From: Chiloscyllium plagiosum
Taxonomy: Eukaryota
Length of the DNA stretch: 64,000 nucleotides
Direction of reading: 5' to 3'
NCBI RefSeq assembly: GCF_004010195.1
Contig: NC_057757.1
Span: forward strand, 7,338,610 to 7,402,609
In this document: positions 39,680-50,584 of the stretch, in pieces
Position numbering within the stretch: position 1 is the first letter of the stretch
Layout: the number at the start of each line of letters is the position of its first letter
Program-made: the position numbers and the translations under genes
Notes under the pieces: model-generated
Told to the model about the DNA's origin: nothing
What the model saw: only the letters and a program-made list of their open reading frames with translations
Databases searched by the model: none

Positions 39680-40420
39680 CTGCAAGGAAGAGTAGGGAAA
39701 AGAGACTGGAAATTAATCGATTAAATATTCTGTTCAGCCAGACAGGGGCACCACACCAAACAAATGTATGTGCCAGGTTCAATGCATGTACCAAAAATGA
39801 AAATGTGTTAACCTAATCACAGTCCCAGCTCCATCTCACTGACAGTTAGGTTTAATAGAGTCAGGACGCAGGTTAATAGGCAACGTCTCCCATTGAGGCC
39901 AGTTATGAATTTAAATATCTGAAATGGGTTTAATCTCTTAAATGGGTTTAACTTTTCTTCATTTGAACAGGCAGGTCTGTTGGGTTTCCAAGAAGTTTTT
40001 AAAATTTTCACTGGATGGAGATGAAGAGAGGTCCCTGGAGAAGATGAGCCACTTCAGAGTAATACTTGCAGTCGAGGAAATTCTCCCCACTGTTCCCCAT
40101 CCGAATCTGCCCATGGACTGTCAGACACACTGATACAGAGTACACCAATTTGGTGCAAGGGATCTCACAGATTCGACAACTTCCCTCTCTCACCCACATA
40201 AAAGTCAGATAACGTAAATTGGAAAGTTGCAAAGTAGAGATATATTTTCGTTGAGACCATTACTTTTAACAAGGGGAAGGGAAAAATAATGAATGATGGA
40301 CTGATTGAGCACCTATAGAGTGGCAAGCATTAAATAAGCGCACATCGACATCAGTCAGAGTAATACCAAAGAACAGTTCACAGCCCAGTTTAAACAACGT
40401 CCACAGGTACAGTCACTCAC

Positions 40421-40487
40421 CAGGAACTCCAATGACAGCAAGGATCAGGTAATATATTTTAGCAACGCTGGAAAATGTTTCACGCAT
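40421..40487 (-). CDS. GPR139/GPR142-like GPCR, copy 3, exon 1
   Basis: MRETFSSVAKIYYLILAVIGVP then G|GTGAGT; 67 nt gives phase 1. Confidence 0.85.
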
Positions 40488-40570
40488 TTTCAGTGTGAGG
40501 ATAAGTGTCAGTTTTGCTGCTGGTAATCTCACAGTCTTACATCTGAGATGATAGACTCCGATTAATTCAA

Positions 40571-40576
40571 TTTATA
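40571..40576 (-). promoter_or_regulatory. candidate TATA box of GPCR copy 3
   Basis: TATAAA on the minus strand about 85 nt upstream of the ATG. Confidence 0.4.
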
Positions 40577-40821
40577 CCCCGTGGAAATATCACAGGAATT
40601 TGCAACATTGGTCTAATTGAATTTTCTTTTTACTTGAGCAGACACATTATGACATTGAGTGAAGTCCATGTTGTTGTTGAACAGATGCACTTATGAGATT
40701 CTGCAATTGGAAACCTCCAAGGGCTGGAGAGGTGTGAATCATATTAATGCAAATATGAATTGATCGTGTTATTTCTGTCACCAACAGTCCCATCCCTTAC
40801 TCTTGTGTCGTTACATTCATA

Positions 40822-40903
40822 GATGGAAATGTGTTGCTGGAAAAGCGCAGCAGGTCAGGCAGCATCTAGGGAACAGGAGAATCGACGTTTCGGGCATTAG
40901 CCC
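40822..40903 (-). mobile_element. truncated Penelope-derived repeat
   Basis: 14-bp TSD TCGTTACATTCATA at 40808-40821 and 40904-40917; GGGC-TAAT-GCCC-GAAACGTC present but CTGANGA missing. Confidence 0.8.
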
Positions 40904-41399
40904 TCGTTACATTCATATCCCACATTTACTTGATAGGAAGACAAGCTTTAGATTCAATGGGGTTCTTGAAATATGAGTTGGATTCACAATTGATGGAGAT
41001 GAAAATGCAGGATTGTGTGTGTGCGTGTTGGGCTTTGGAGGGTGGGTTGTGGAGGGGGATGAGAGCCATCTACAGCATGCTTTGCAGCAACTGTCCCAGG
41101 CACCTTTCACATCACCTTCCAAAATTACAACCTCGGCAATTTCGAAGCCCAACAGTGGCGGTCACATGGGAACAACAACCCCTAAAAGTTCCCATCAAGC
41201 CACACACCATCCTGACTTGGAAATATGCTGCTGTTCCTTTACTGTCGCTGAGTGAACATCCAGGATTTTCAGCACCTCCTCCCACTCACATGCACAGCAA
41301 AATAAGATGAATGTAAATAATACATCTCACCACAACCTTCTCAAGGGTGGGCACTTGCAGTTCCTGTCAGCATTACTTACACCTCCTTTCCCTTCCACA

Positions 41400-41770
41400 C
41401 TATCCCTTGCAGCATCCACCTCTCTATCCCACTCACTTTCTGTCAGTTCTACTCAGCCCTGTCACTCCCAATCAGCCCATGCGTCTTCCAATCAGCCCTT
41501 GCCCTTTCCACTCAATATCTGTCAATTACACTCGATCTCTCTCTCCCTCCCACTCACTCTCTGGCTCGTAGGTGCATTCTCTCTCGCTCTCTCCATCTCT
41601 TCCATTCACTCTCTCACTCCCATTCTCTTCAACTCAGCCCCTGTCACTCCAACTCACTCTGTTGCTCCCACTTACCTCCTGACTCTCACTCAGGCCTTGT
41701 CTCTGCCTCTCATTCTCTGTCTGTGCCACCCATTTACTCTCTCTCTGACTCAGCCCCTTTCTCTCCCATG
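41400..41770. repeat. pyrimidine-rich low-complexity tract
   Basis: Recurring ctcactc/ctctct and actcagccc motifs. Confidence 0.7.
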
Positions 41771-41859
41771 TGTATTTTTCTATCTGTTTAAGAGTGAGAT
41801 TTATTGAGAGCTAGAGCAAAGAGAAAAGCCTTTGGTGTATCACATCACGCCCATCAGAA

Positions 41860-43060
41860 ACAACCACCTCAGCTTTCTCATCCCATTTCCCAGCATTTGA
41901 CCCATAGCCTTTCTTGCTTTGGCATCGCAAGCGTCCATAGAAATATTTCTTCAATGACATGAGGCTTTCTGCCTACACTGTCCTTACAGTCAATGAGTTC
42001 CAGATTCCCAATACCCTCTGGGTGAAGACATTTTTTTCCCCCATCTCCTCTGAACCACCTGCCCCTTACCTTAAATCTGTAAACCCCCACTTCCCAATCA
42101 CTGCTCCCTCCAGCAAACAGAAAAGTTTCTTCCTGTCTACCATGTCAAATCCCCTCGTAATTTGAAACATCCCAAATCTGTCACCTCTCAATATGCCCTG
42201 CCCCAGGGAAAACAACTCTAATCTGATATCTTCAGGGACCAGTGGACATACACACCAAGGTCCCTTTGATCCATGTTGCTTGCCAGGGTCCTACTGTTCA
42301 ACATGTGTTTCCTTGCTTTGTTTGTGCTGTCCAAGTGCATCACCTCACATTTCCCTTCACTGAATTCCGTTTGCCATTGATGAGCTCATATGAGCAGGCG
42401 GTCTTGCAGTCTCGGCAATCTTCCTCAGTATTTCACAGCTCACCAAATTCTGGATCATATTCAAGTCTGAATCGTTTATAGAAACCACCAACAGAAAGGA
42501 CCCAAGCACTGACCCTATTGGACACAGATTTCCAGTCAAAAAAACATCAGAACAACATCCCCGTGACAATTCTGTGTCCAATTTGCCAAATTTATTTGAA
42601 TCCCCTGTGCTTTTACATTTCCAATCAGTCTCCCAGTCGGGAACGTTTTCAAAAGTTTTGCTGGTTCCAAGTAACCGACATTAAAAAACATCACTCTCAT
42701 TGACACATCTGGTCAGCACTTTGAAAATATAAGTCAAGTTGGTCAGACGTGGCCACCCTTTACAAAACTATGCTGACTGTTCCTGATTAATCCCTGCCTC
42801 TCCAAATGCACATTAATTCTGTCCTTCCAATAATTATGCTGCCACTAAGGTTGGACTTGTCTTTGATTTCCTAGTTTATCACTTGCTCCCTTATTGAATA
42901 ACAGCAACACATTGGCTGCTCTCCAGTCCTTCAGCCTTGCTTCTCTGGCCGGAGAGGAATTGACAATTGTTGCAAGTGCCCATGCTATTTCCTCCCATAC
43001 CTCATTCCACAGCGTGGGATACCTTTCATCTGACCCTGGGAAGATATCAACTTTTGCCCC
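41860..43060 (-). mobile_element. decayed CR1 fragments
   Basis: GSVLGSFLLVVSINDSD and 3' motifs (FKVRGRWFRGD). Confidence 0.65.
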
Positions 43061-43085
43061 AGCCAGACCACGCAGAATCTAAAGT

Positions 43086-43355
43086 CGGGGTACGGTGGTT
43101 ATCACTGTTGCCTCACAGCACCAGGAGATCTCGGTTAAGTTCTACCCTCGCATGACTGTCTGTGTGGAGTTTTCAGTTTATCCCTGTTTCCATTTGGGTT
43201 TCGTTCAGGTTATGGTGGATTGACCATGCTAAATTGTCCCGTAGTAATCAGGGATGTCTTGGTTAGGTGAACGAGCCATGGGAAATGCAGGGATATATGG
43301 TAGGGGGTTGAGCCTGGGTGGGATGCTTTTTGGAGCGTCAGTGTGGACTTGTTGA
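43086..43355 (+). mobile_element. decayed HE1-type SINE
   Basis: ggtggttatcactgttgcctcacagcacc, ccatgctaaattg, gtgtggacttgttg. Confidence 0.7.
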
Positions 43356-43969
43356 TTCGATATAAACTCCACACTATCTATACTAATTTCTTTCATTGTA
43401 TCACAGACCTTCTCCGTGGTAACTATATCCATATCATCCCTCTCACTTGTGAACATTGACACAAAATATTCATTTTGAACAATACTATATCCTCTGGCTC
43501 CAGGCACAAATGGTTTGTAAAGGGCCTTGTTCCTCCTCTTGTTATCCTTTTACCCTTAATGTACCCAAAAAACAACTTGGGATGTTCTTTTATTTTTGCA
43601 TGTCAGTATGCTTTCTTCAGCTCTTCTAATTTAAGTTCCATCTTGCACCTACTGAACTACTCCAAGGCTTCTGCTGTTTTAAGTTTGAAGTCCTCTAATA
43701 GGTGAATGGAGATTCACCAGTTATTTCCTCTATCTCCTTCGCAACACCTTTGCAGCCACAAACACACAGACACAGTTAGGTAACTGCATCTGCATAAACA
43801 TGTCCACATAAATATATGAAAGAACACATTTAGTAATACACACAAGCACTGACATTCACAATGACAGAGACAGATTGGGAGAGAACCACACTGAGGTACC
43901 TCACATTCACAAACACATTTTATGCCGTTTATAGGTGGTGTTTCTATAATTATAAAATGTAATCCCCAG

Positions 43970-44410
43970 CCTTCACAACTCCCTCACCTCAGATGCCTCA
44001 CCCATAGTCAACACAGAATCCTTCATCCCAGTGTCCTGAGACCCCTCACTCTCAGTCTCCCCTGTACCCTGACCCTCATTCTCCACAGATTCCACACCCA
44101 CATCCTCCCAAGTGCCCTCACTCCCAGCATCTCCAGAGCCCTCACTCCCAGCCTGCCCAGACCTCTCACTCCAAATCTCCCCTCCCCACCCTCACTCCCA
44201 GTCTCCCCTGTACACTCACTCCCATTCTCCATAGATTACTCACCACAAACTCCCCAGAGCCCTCACTCCCACTCTGTGCAGACCCCTTACCCACAGCCTC
44301 CCCAGACCTCTCACCGCCAGCCTGCGCAGACCCCTCAAACCCAACCTACCCACAGCACACACACGCAGCCTCCACATCACCCTCACTCCCACTCCACCCT
44401 CCCCGCCCTC
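43970..44410. repeat. degenerate C-rich minisatellite (agaccctcactcccagcctcccc-like units)
   Basis: Repeated ccctcactccca motifs at roughly 20-25 bp spacing. Confidence 0.7.
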
Positions 44411-44714
44411 TATTTTGGCACCATGAGTAATCACTTTGATTCCTGACCCCCTTTTCTGCCCCATTCACAGGCTAGATGTCAGCCCACACACACTCACAAT
44501 GCTATTTTGGAACACTCGGGGAAGTGCCTTTTCCAAGTCTTTACATCACTCATCGATGTTTGTGTACTCTCTAGCATCACCACAGACCAAGGACCAAGTG
44601 ATACTGATGTTATATGAGGCTGGTTGTTATCGTCATTATTAGCGGGGACCTAGTGATGTTGTTGATGTTGTAGGATTTTGTGGACCGGCTTCCCCCCTTT
44701 TTTTATTTTTATTT

Positions 44715-47700
44715 TTATATTTTTTTGGTGGGGTTCGTCCAGTCCTTGTCTCGGTGGAGGATCTTATCGCACAGTTTACGGGTTTTAGCTCTCTTGTCAC
44801 TGAAGAGTTGTAAGAGTTCAAGTGTCAGTGACAGAGTGAGTCTTGATGTTTTTTGGGCGAACGTATCGTATCTTTCGATGCTAAGGAATTTAATGAGGCG
44901 GTTATTCATACCCAGCCACTTGCCTCGTGTGCCCATCATGAAGCCAAAGTATTTGGGGTCCGCGCCTCCCGTCAATTCCATGACCTCGGCATTTAGGTGA
45001 TTATATTTCTCGTGTTTCTCTTGCCATGCTGTTTCCAGTGCTTTACTATCATTCTCGTACCGCACTGTGACATCTACAAACGCGATCTTCTGGTCTTTTC
45101 TAAATATGAGATCGGGCTTCCATAGGGAACCGTTTTTGGCAAATAGCCTGGGCTCCACGTACGATGTCCAGCCATACTTACTGACTTGCTTCTGCAACTG
45201 GTCAGCGATCTTGTTATGGCGTTTTATTCGAGCATTTTTCACGAAAGGGCAGCATCCTGAGATGTGTGATATGGTCTCGTTTGCCATCTCACACCTTCGG
45301 CATAGTTTGGTTCGGTTTGGCCTTCCTCTAGATTGTGTGGCTCTTGTCGGGTATAGATTAAACCACGAGAGCATGCTGCTTATGAATCTAGAGGATTTTT
45401 GTTGTACTCCGGCTTTTGTCCAAGAATTAGAGATCTTGTCATCTCTAAAGTACTGGATGCCTTCCCCTTGACATTCCAGCTTTTGCCATTTTTCGAATTC
45501 CCACTCCACCCAGCCAGCATACCTCGCGTTTGCCTCCTGGAGTGCAGGCATGATGCCTTGGACGGCGGTCATCGGGTCGATTTTCCCTTCGCCGCTGCTG
45601 CAGTTACTGGGTTGGAAATTTTCAATTTCTTTGAGGACCTTGAGCTCGCGCAGTCCCGCAACGGTCTTTGTGTTGCTCTCACCTTTATATTGAAAGAGGC
45701 CCGAATGACCACACCACTGGACATGTCTGGTGCCTCACATTTGTGAACAATCGCGGATGGGATTTGCACCTCCAGTTTTGGGACGCCTGGACCGCCGTTC
45801 CTGTTGCTAGCGTATAGCACTCCGTCTGCGATATGAGGTGGTAGGTGTAGGAATTCTTTGGTGGCGTTGCGGATTATTTGGTCCAGCTTTGTGAGAGTAG
45901 CCTGTGACGCTTCTGTCAGGATCAGATGGAAGTACAATTGGGGGATGACATGTATCTTTAGGAGCTCCAGCCGTTGTCGTGGTCGGAGAGGTGCTGCCTG
46001 TATTCTTAAGCTTCTCCTCCCAGTCCCCTTCTGCCACACCTGCCCATGGATCGATCCGGGCACCCAGGTATTTCTCTGTGTCACCTGGGGGTATGTGGGC
46101 TATGGCTTCGTCCCGCAGCTTCCAGTTTGCGAAGTGATTGTACGAAAAGGTCTTCCTTTTAAAAGTGAAGTGGAATCCCTTCGTCTTCGCTGTGTTAATA
46201 CTGAGGCCTGGATGGTCACAGTATTTCTGGAGCAGCTTCAGTTTCCTAGCCATACCAGTGTGTGAGTCGCTTAGAAGGGCGATGTCATCCGCGAAGGCCA
46301 AAGTTGACTCTTCTGCCACCCAGGGGCATGGCGACCCCTGAGTTAGCCCTCTCCAGAGAGCACACCAAAGCGATGTTAAATAATATTGGTAAGAGTGGGT
46401 CGCCCTGCTTTATGCCCCTCTCGATAGTTATTGGGTTAAGTTTCCATTCCCTTCCACCACTATTGTGTTGCCAGTGTATAAGTCTTCGATGAGACTTACA
46501 AAGGCTTTGGGCAGTTTCACTCTTTGCAAAGATTTGATCAATAGCATGTGCCCAACCGAGTCAAACGCTTTTACTAGATCGACAAAGACAACCGCGAGGC
46601 CCTTACGATTGTACTTTGCTCCCTTGATGATGTTTTCGAGGACCACAATGTTTTCATTGCATCCGGGAGTGGCTGCTAGGAATCCCTTTTGCCTGGGGTT
46701 TATCTCGACTGTTTCACTCAGGCGTTTAGCCATTGTTTTCGTGAACAGCCAGAGCAGCATTGGACCGATGGTTATTGGCCGCCAGTTAGCAATGCTTTTC
46801 AAGTGTTCCTTATCCTCGCACTTAGGAATCAGGACCGTTCGACTCTTTTTTAGTGAATCAGGGATCATGCTTGACTTTAGCCATAAGGAGAAGAGGCGGG
46901 TTAGACGGGTTTCCTCCTGCTCATGGAGTGTTCTTATGTCCTGCAGTTTCAGGCCGTCTGGTCCGGCGGCACTGTTCTCGTCTATCCCCTTGATGGCCGC
47001 TTCAAGCTCCTCTACCTCTATGGGTTTCATCAAGGACCCGTCATCGACTTTGCCAGTGTATGGGGCATACTTATTTATGTTTGATTTCTTATTTGGTGCT
47101 GACAGTTTCTCACGGAAACATGACTCCACTTCCTCTCTTGATAGAGGACAAGCAGATGAGGTCGGCGCCCCCATGATCTCGCGAGCTAGTTGACGCTGGT
47201 TGGATTTGTAAAGCTGCTGTGTTGCTCTAAATTGCGCCTTACATGCTGCCCACCATGTTTTGGCTCCGGTATTGCTGCCGGGCCTTTTGTCTTTCTGGGC
47301 CCGATCTTTCTGGGGCCTCTTGTGTTTGCCCTGTCTTTTCCTACTATTCATTAGTAGGTCGGTAATACTCTCCACTAGTCCGATTCCAAGGGCAAGCGTG
47401 TCCAGGTCATTCCTCGCGCTCAAAAGCTCCTCAGCTTGTGTAAGCTGGTCATCTACGTCCCGATGTTTAGGGATCGAAGCCGGTGTTTTTCGGCTGGCTC
47501 TTTGGCGCTGGGCTTGGTCGTCGGAATTTCCCTGGACACTCTCTGCCTCAGAATCGTGCGAGTCTATACCCGTCGTTGGCTCGCTGATGTTCTTGACCTC
47601 CGTCGGGGTGTTTGCCAGGAGCCTGCGCTTGTCTGAGATTTGCTTTGGTGTTTTGGTTTTCAGGGTGCTAGCGATGGATTTGTTTATAAACTTGCATCCT

Positions 47701-48549
47701 GAAAATCTCACCTCTAATTCCCTCAGGAGTGCCACCTCCTCCCGTGACCATACGCGGTCGCTTCTCCCAGGTTTGCCCTTGACTTTGGGTGCCGGTTTGA
47801 GACGTCTCTCGTTTCGTAGAACCGGGTGTCTGTGCCTCTCGTGTTGACCAAGGCCTGATTGTGTTGGTCACATGCGCTGCATGTAAAGTCCTCAGTTGGG
47901 GGTTGTTTCACTCCTTCGCATTTTGGGTAATGGCAGGCTATTGAGTGGTATTCTCCTGCCTTATTGCAGCGTGAACATCTTGTTCGGATGTTCTTTATTC
48001 CGTGCACTTTAGGCACATGGGTCTTAAACATGCTCACCGTGGGGAAGAGGGTGTTGCAGTCCTTGCAGAACAGCCCATTGACGGGATAGTGGATGATTAC
48101 CTCCGAGACAGATGTTCTGTCACATACTGGCTCGATAACAACTCCTTCCATGAAGGCAGTTGCATCATCTGTTTCCTCGCCAGTCTCATTCATAGTCTTT
48201 TTTGTGTCTGTGCCCTGCTTTATATCTCGATAACTTTTGTTGTAGAAGGTTTGGGTGGTTATGCTTATCTCAACCACAGGGTGGGCTGCCCTTACAGTGC
48301 CTTCTTCAACGTTATCTTTGTTATTCGTTACAGGGTGAGCCGGCTCCCTGAGAGGGGTGACCAGTCTCAGCTCCATGTAAGGTAGGAGGTAACGTCTCAA
48401 GGTCTGGATGAGATGGACCTTGTTGCAGGTTTTATACATGTACAACCTAATGACTTGTCACAGCTCTCGGTTGTGGACGAGGCTGCGGGGAGGTTGTTTT
48501 TCTGGGACACTTCCCAGCCGGACTGCTCCGTTGAAAATGGAAGACTCAT
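44715..48549 (-). pseudogene. disrupted R2 ORF (pieces 48397..48624, 47723..48445, 46428..47735, 45807..46319, 45569..46084, 44715..45572)
   Basis: Consecutive minus-strand ORFs give the R2 domain order with several frameshifts; the start codon is uncertain. Confidence 0.85.
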
Positions 48550-48604
48550 ACTGGTTTTTTGAGAGCTGGTCAGTCTAGACCACATCCGTCTTGTACTTTT
48601 TCTG

Positions 48605-48762
48605 ATCGTTTGGTCACCCAACATCCAGGATTGCTGGGTTTACCGGCGGGGCCAGCGGGGAGGCACGACACACACTATGCGCCAAAAATACATGAAAACG
48701 TCATAGTCGGCAACTATGCCTCCTTGACCAAGGCAAGAAAGAGAGTCATAGTTACTCCCGCC
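48605..48762 (-). ncRNA. HDV-like self-cleaving ribozyme at the R2 5' end
   Basis: P1 GGCGGG/CCCGCC; P2 GUCGU/ACGAU; P3 GCC/GGC with L3 UCCCCGCU; P1.1 GG; P4 ACCCAGCA/UGUUGGGU; J4/2 GACCAA. Confidence 0.88.
48739..48762 (-). other. 24-nt 28S rRNA remnant (positions -28 to -5 of the R2 target site)
   Basis: GGCGGGAGTAACTATGACTCTCTT is identical to the conserved 28S sequence preceding AAGG|TAGCC; flanks are not rDNA. Confidence 0.92.
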
Positions 48763-49779
48763 AATGATGAGGTTCCAGCTTCCTCCCTGCTATCTCTCTC
48801 TCACTCATCACTGGATATGTTTGATCACACTGCAATAACTTGTGCTCCTCACGCTGCAATATCTATCAATCAGGATCGGGGAGAAGTGTTGCCTGTGGGT
48901 GATGTGTAATTCCATCCCAGTTTTCAAGCTGGTGTCTGGTCATGGCTTTGATGTTGTCTGAACTTTGATACTGTTTTTCAACTGTGATGACCTGTCCTAG
49001 CTTCCCCATTTGTTACAATTCCAGATTAAAGTTTTCAAGCCATTAAACTCCTGAGTGAGATGAAGTGGCTACTTTTGATTATAGGCCTCCTCCCTTCAAC
49101 CTTTGCAAGGAATTTCTTTTGGAATGATCTTTTTCTCCGAGACCCAAAATGACCTGAGGATTTGAAAGGTGCGAATTTTATCAGGATTCCTTGAATCAGC
49201 AAAAAGATTGAGGTTATTCATTACTAAATTCGAAAATGTATCATGTGATATTGCACATATGCACAGTTTAGAAATATAAAGTAGGTCTAAGGGCTGTGGT
49301 AGATAGCACGTTTTAGGAATGACCACGAGACACAGAGAATACCTCAAGATGATAAGCCTTTAGCTGCAAACAACAGCTATGGCCATCACAGCAGATGACC
49401 CTGAAAGCCTGTGAACTGTGAGCGTACTCTAATGTTTATGCTCTTCTAAAAACCACACTCCATCCCTGTTACATTAGCATAACCAATCGCACTAAGCCTA
49501 CGTTATATCCCCTTTAAACAATCAGATTCTGCCACAATTGTCTTCTGGATTGCTCCAGACCCTCACGTTGTGCGTGGTCATCTTTATTCACCTTTTTTCA
49601 CCTGACAGGCTGTAGTCACGCAAGACTGAACCAAACATGCAACCCAGATCTTACACTTACGGAACGTCTCAACATGTATTACTTTGAAGTTATATATTCA
49701 TATTTACCATTAAAACAAGACACAAGTTATAACTAAGGATAATATAGATATGGTCTGAATGCTCATGAAGGACAGGTAG

Positions 49780-50390
49780 TTAAATCTCATGATCCTTGCA
49801 ATGGAGGTTACCAGCAGAAATGGCATTGGCAGGTGTGCTGTCGATTTTGAGATTCTTGGCTTTGGAAGTTGATTCCAATTCTTTCGCCCTGTTTCCTTTC
49901 ACAAGTGGCAGACCGGCAGCACTCAGTGAGCAAAACGTCTTTTCCTGTTTTATAACTTGCAGTGCAGTGGTGTTTAAATCACAGTTTTCAGAACTGTCAC
50001 CTTCGCAGTACGCACAAGTACACACACGAATATCTCAGGCCAGTAATATGCACAGAATCGTGCTGCAGCCTGTATTAAAGGCATGTTATTTTTTAATATT
50101 TCTGGAAAACTAAAACACGAAAGTTCACACGAGATGTTTCTTGGTCATATCTCTGCTTTTGTTTTAAGTTTCCCTGAAACACTTTTGCTGCAATATTCTA
50201 TTGCCCTCACAAAATATTTTATTGGATAATGACTAAATGTACATGTGCAGCCACTTTTTTGTTTTTCAGTAGATTTCTTTTGAAAAGTTAACCCATCAAC
50301 ATGACAATGCCCAACACTGACCAAATCACAGGTCTCCATTGTCTCTCCCAAATACACGAAACTTGAGCATCCAAACATTTCTCACTGAGA
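49780..50390 (-). mobile_element. possible very old Gypsy integrase remnant
   Basis: Across frames, DLVSVGH..VDGL, KQRYD and ARFC resemble the ELVFGH.VRGPL / KQ.YD / ARF.GPY integrase motifs. Confidence 0.35.
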
Positions 50391-50584
50391 CTCAGGTCCT
50401 CAGACATGGCAACCCTCAAACAAACATCTGTCACCTCTAAACTGTCCATCCTTTGGGCCAGTCCCACAGCTCTTCATTCCCCTGAGAGAAATTCATAAAC
50501 AAGGAACAAGAATAGCCTCTCAGCAATTCTAGCTTGATCTGCCATTCCATAAGATCATGGTTGATATTAACCTCATCTCTAGTT

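Larger units (their letters stand above)
44501..48762 (-). mobile_element. full-length R2 non-LTR retrotransposon (three-zinc-finger, A-type architecture), ORF frameshifted, inserted outside rDNA
   Basis: ZF1 CKDC..HVPKVH, ZF2 CSRC..HSIACHYPKC, ZF3 CSAC..HERHRH (frameshifted), Myb WSREEVALL..KTPKQISDKRR, RT AAGPDG / WRPITIG / QKGF / AFDSV / LAFADD, and CRRC..ETISHISGCC + RHN + KPDL..VDVTV restriction-like endonuclease; 28S-derived termini. Confidence 0.93.

Noticed and set aside
39680..39794. N-terminal extensions of the track ORFs 38769..39794 and 62575..63657
   Set aside because: They run through the polypyrimidine tract and AG acceptor; for copy 3 the true TM1 exon is at 40421-40487, and for copy 5 it is presumably beyond the window
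41307..44446. Pro/Ser/Leu/Thr-rich ORFs 41307..41807 and 43922..44446
   Set aside because: Translations of low-complexity C-rich tracts
46465..47847. Long plus-strand ORFs (242 aa and 195 aa)
   Set aside because: Antisense shadows of the R2 ORF with no recognisable motifs
48380..48450. Possible fourth zinc finger in the R2 N-terminus (CTC/KTCNKVH)
   Set aside because: It spans a frameshift and ligand spacing cannot be established without a consensus
48739..48762. 28S rRNA gene
   Set aside because: Only 24 nt match and the flanks are not rDNA; it is the R2 leader
49780..50378. Cys-rich ORFs suggesting a zinc-finger host gene
   Set aside because: No coherent domain; the motifs fit a decayed Gypsy integrase better
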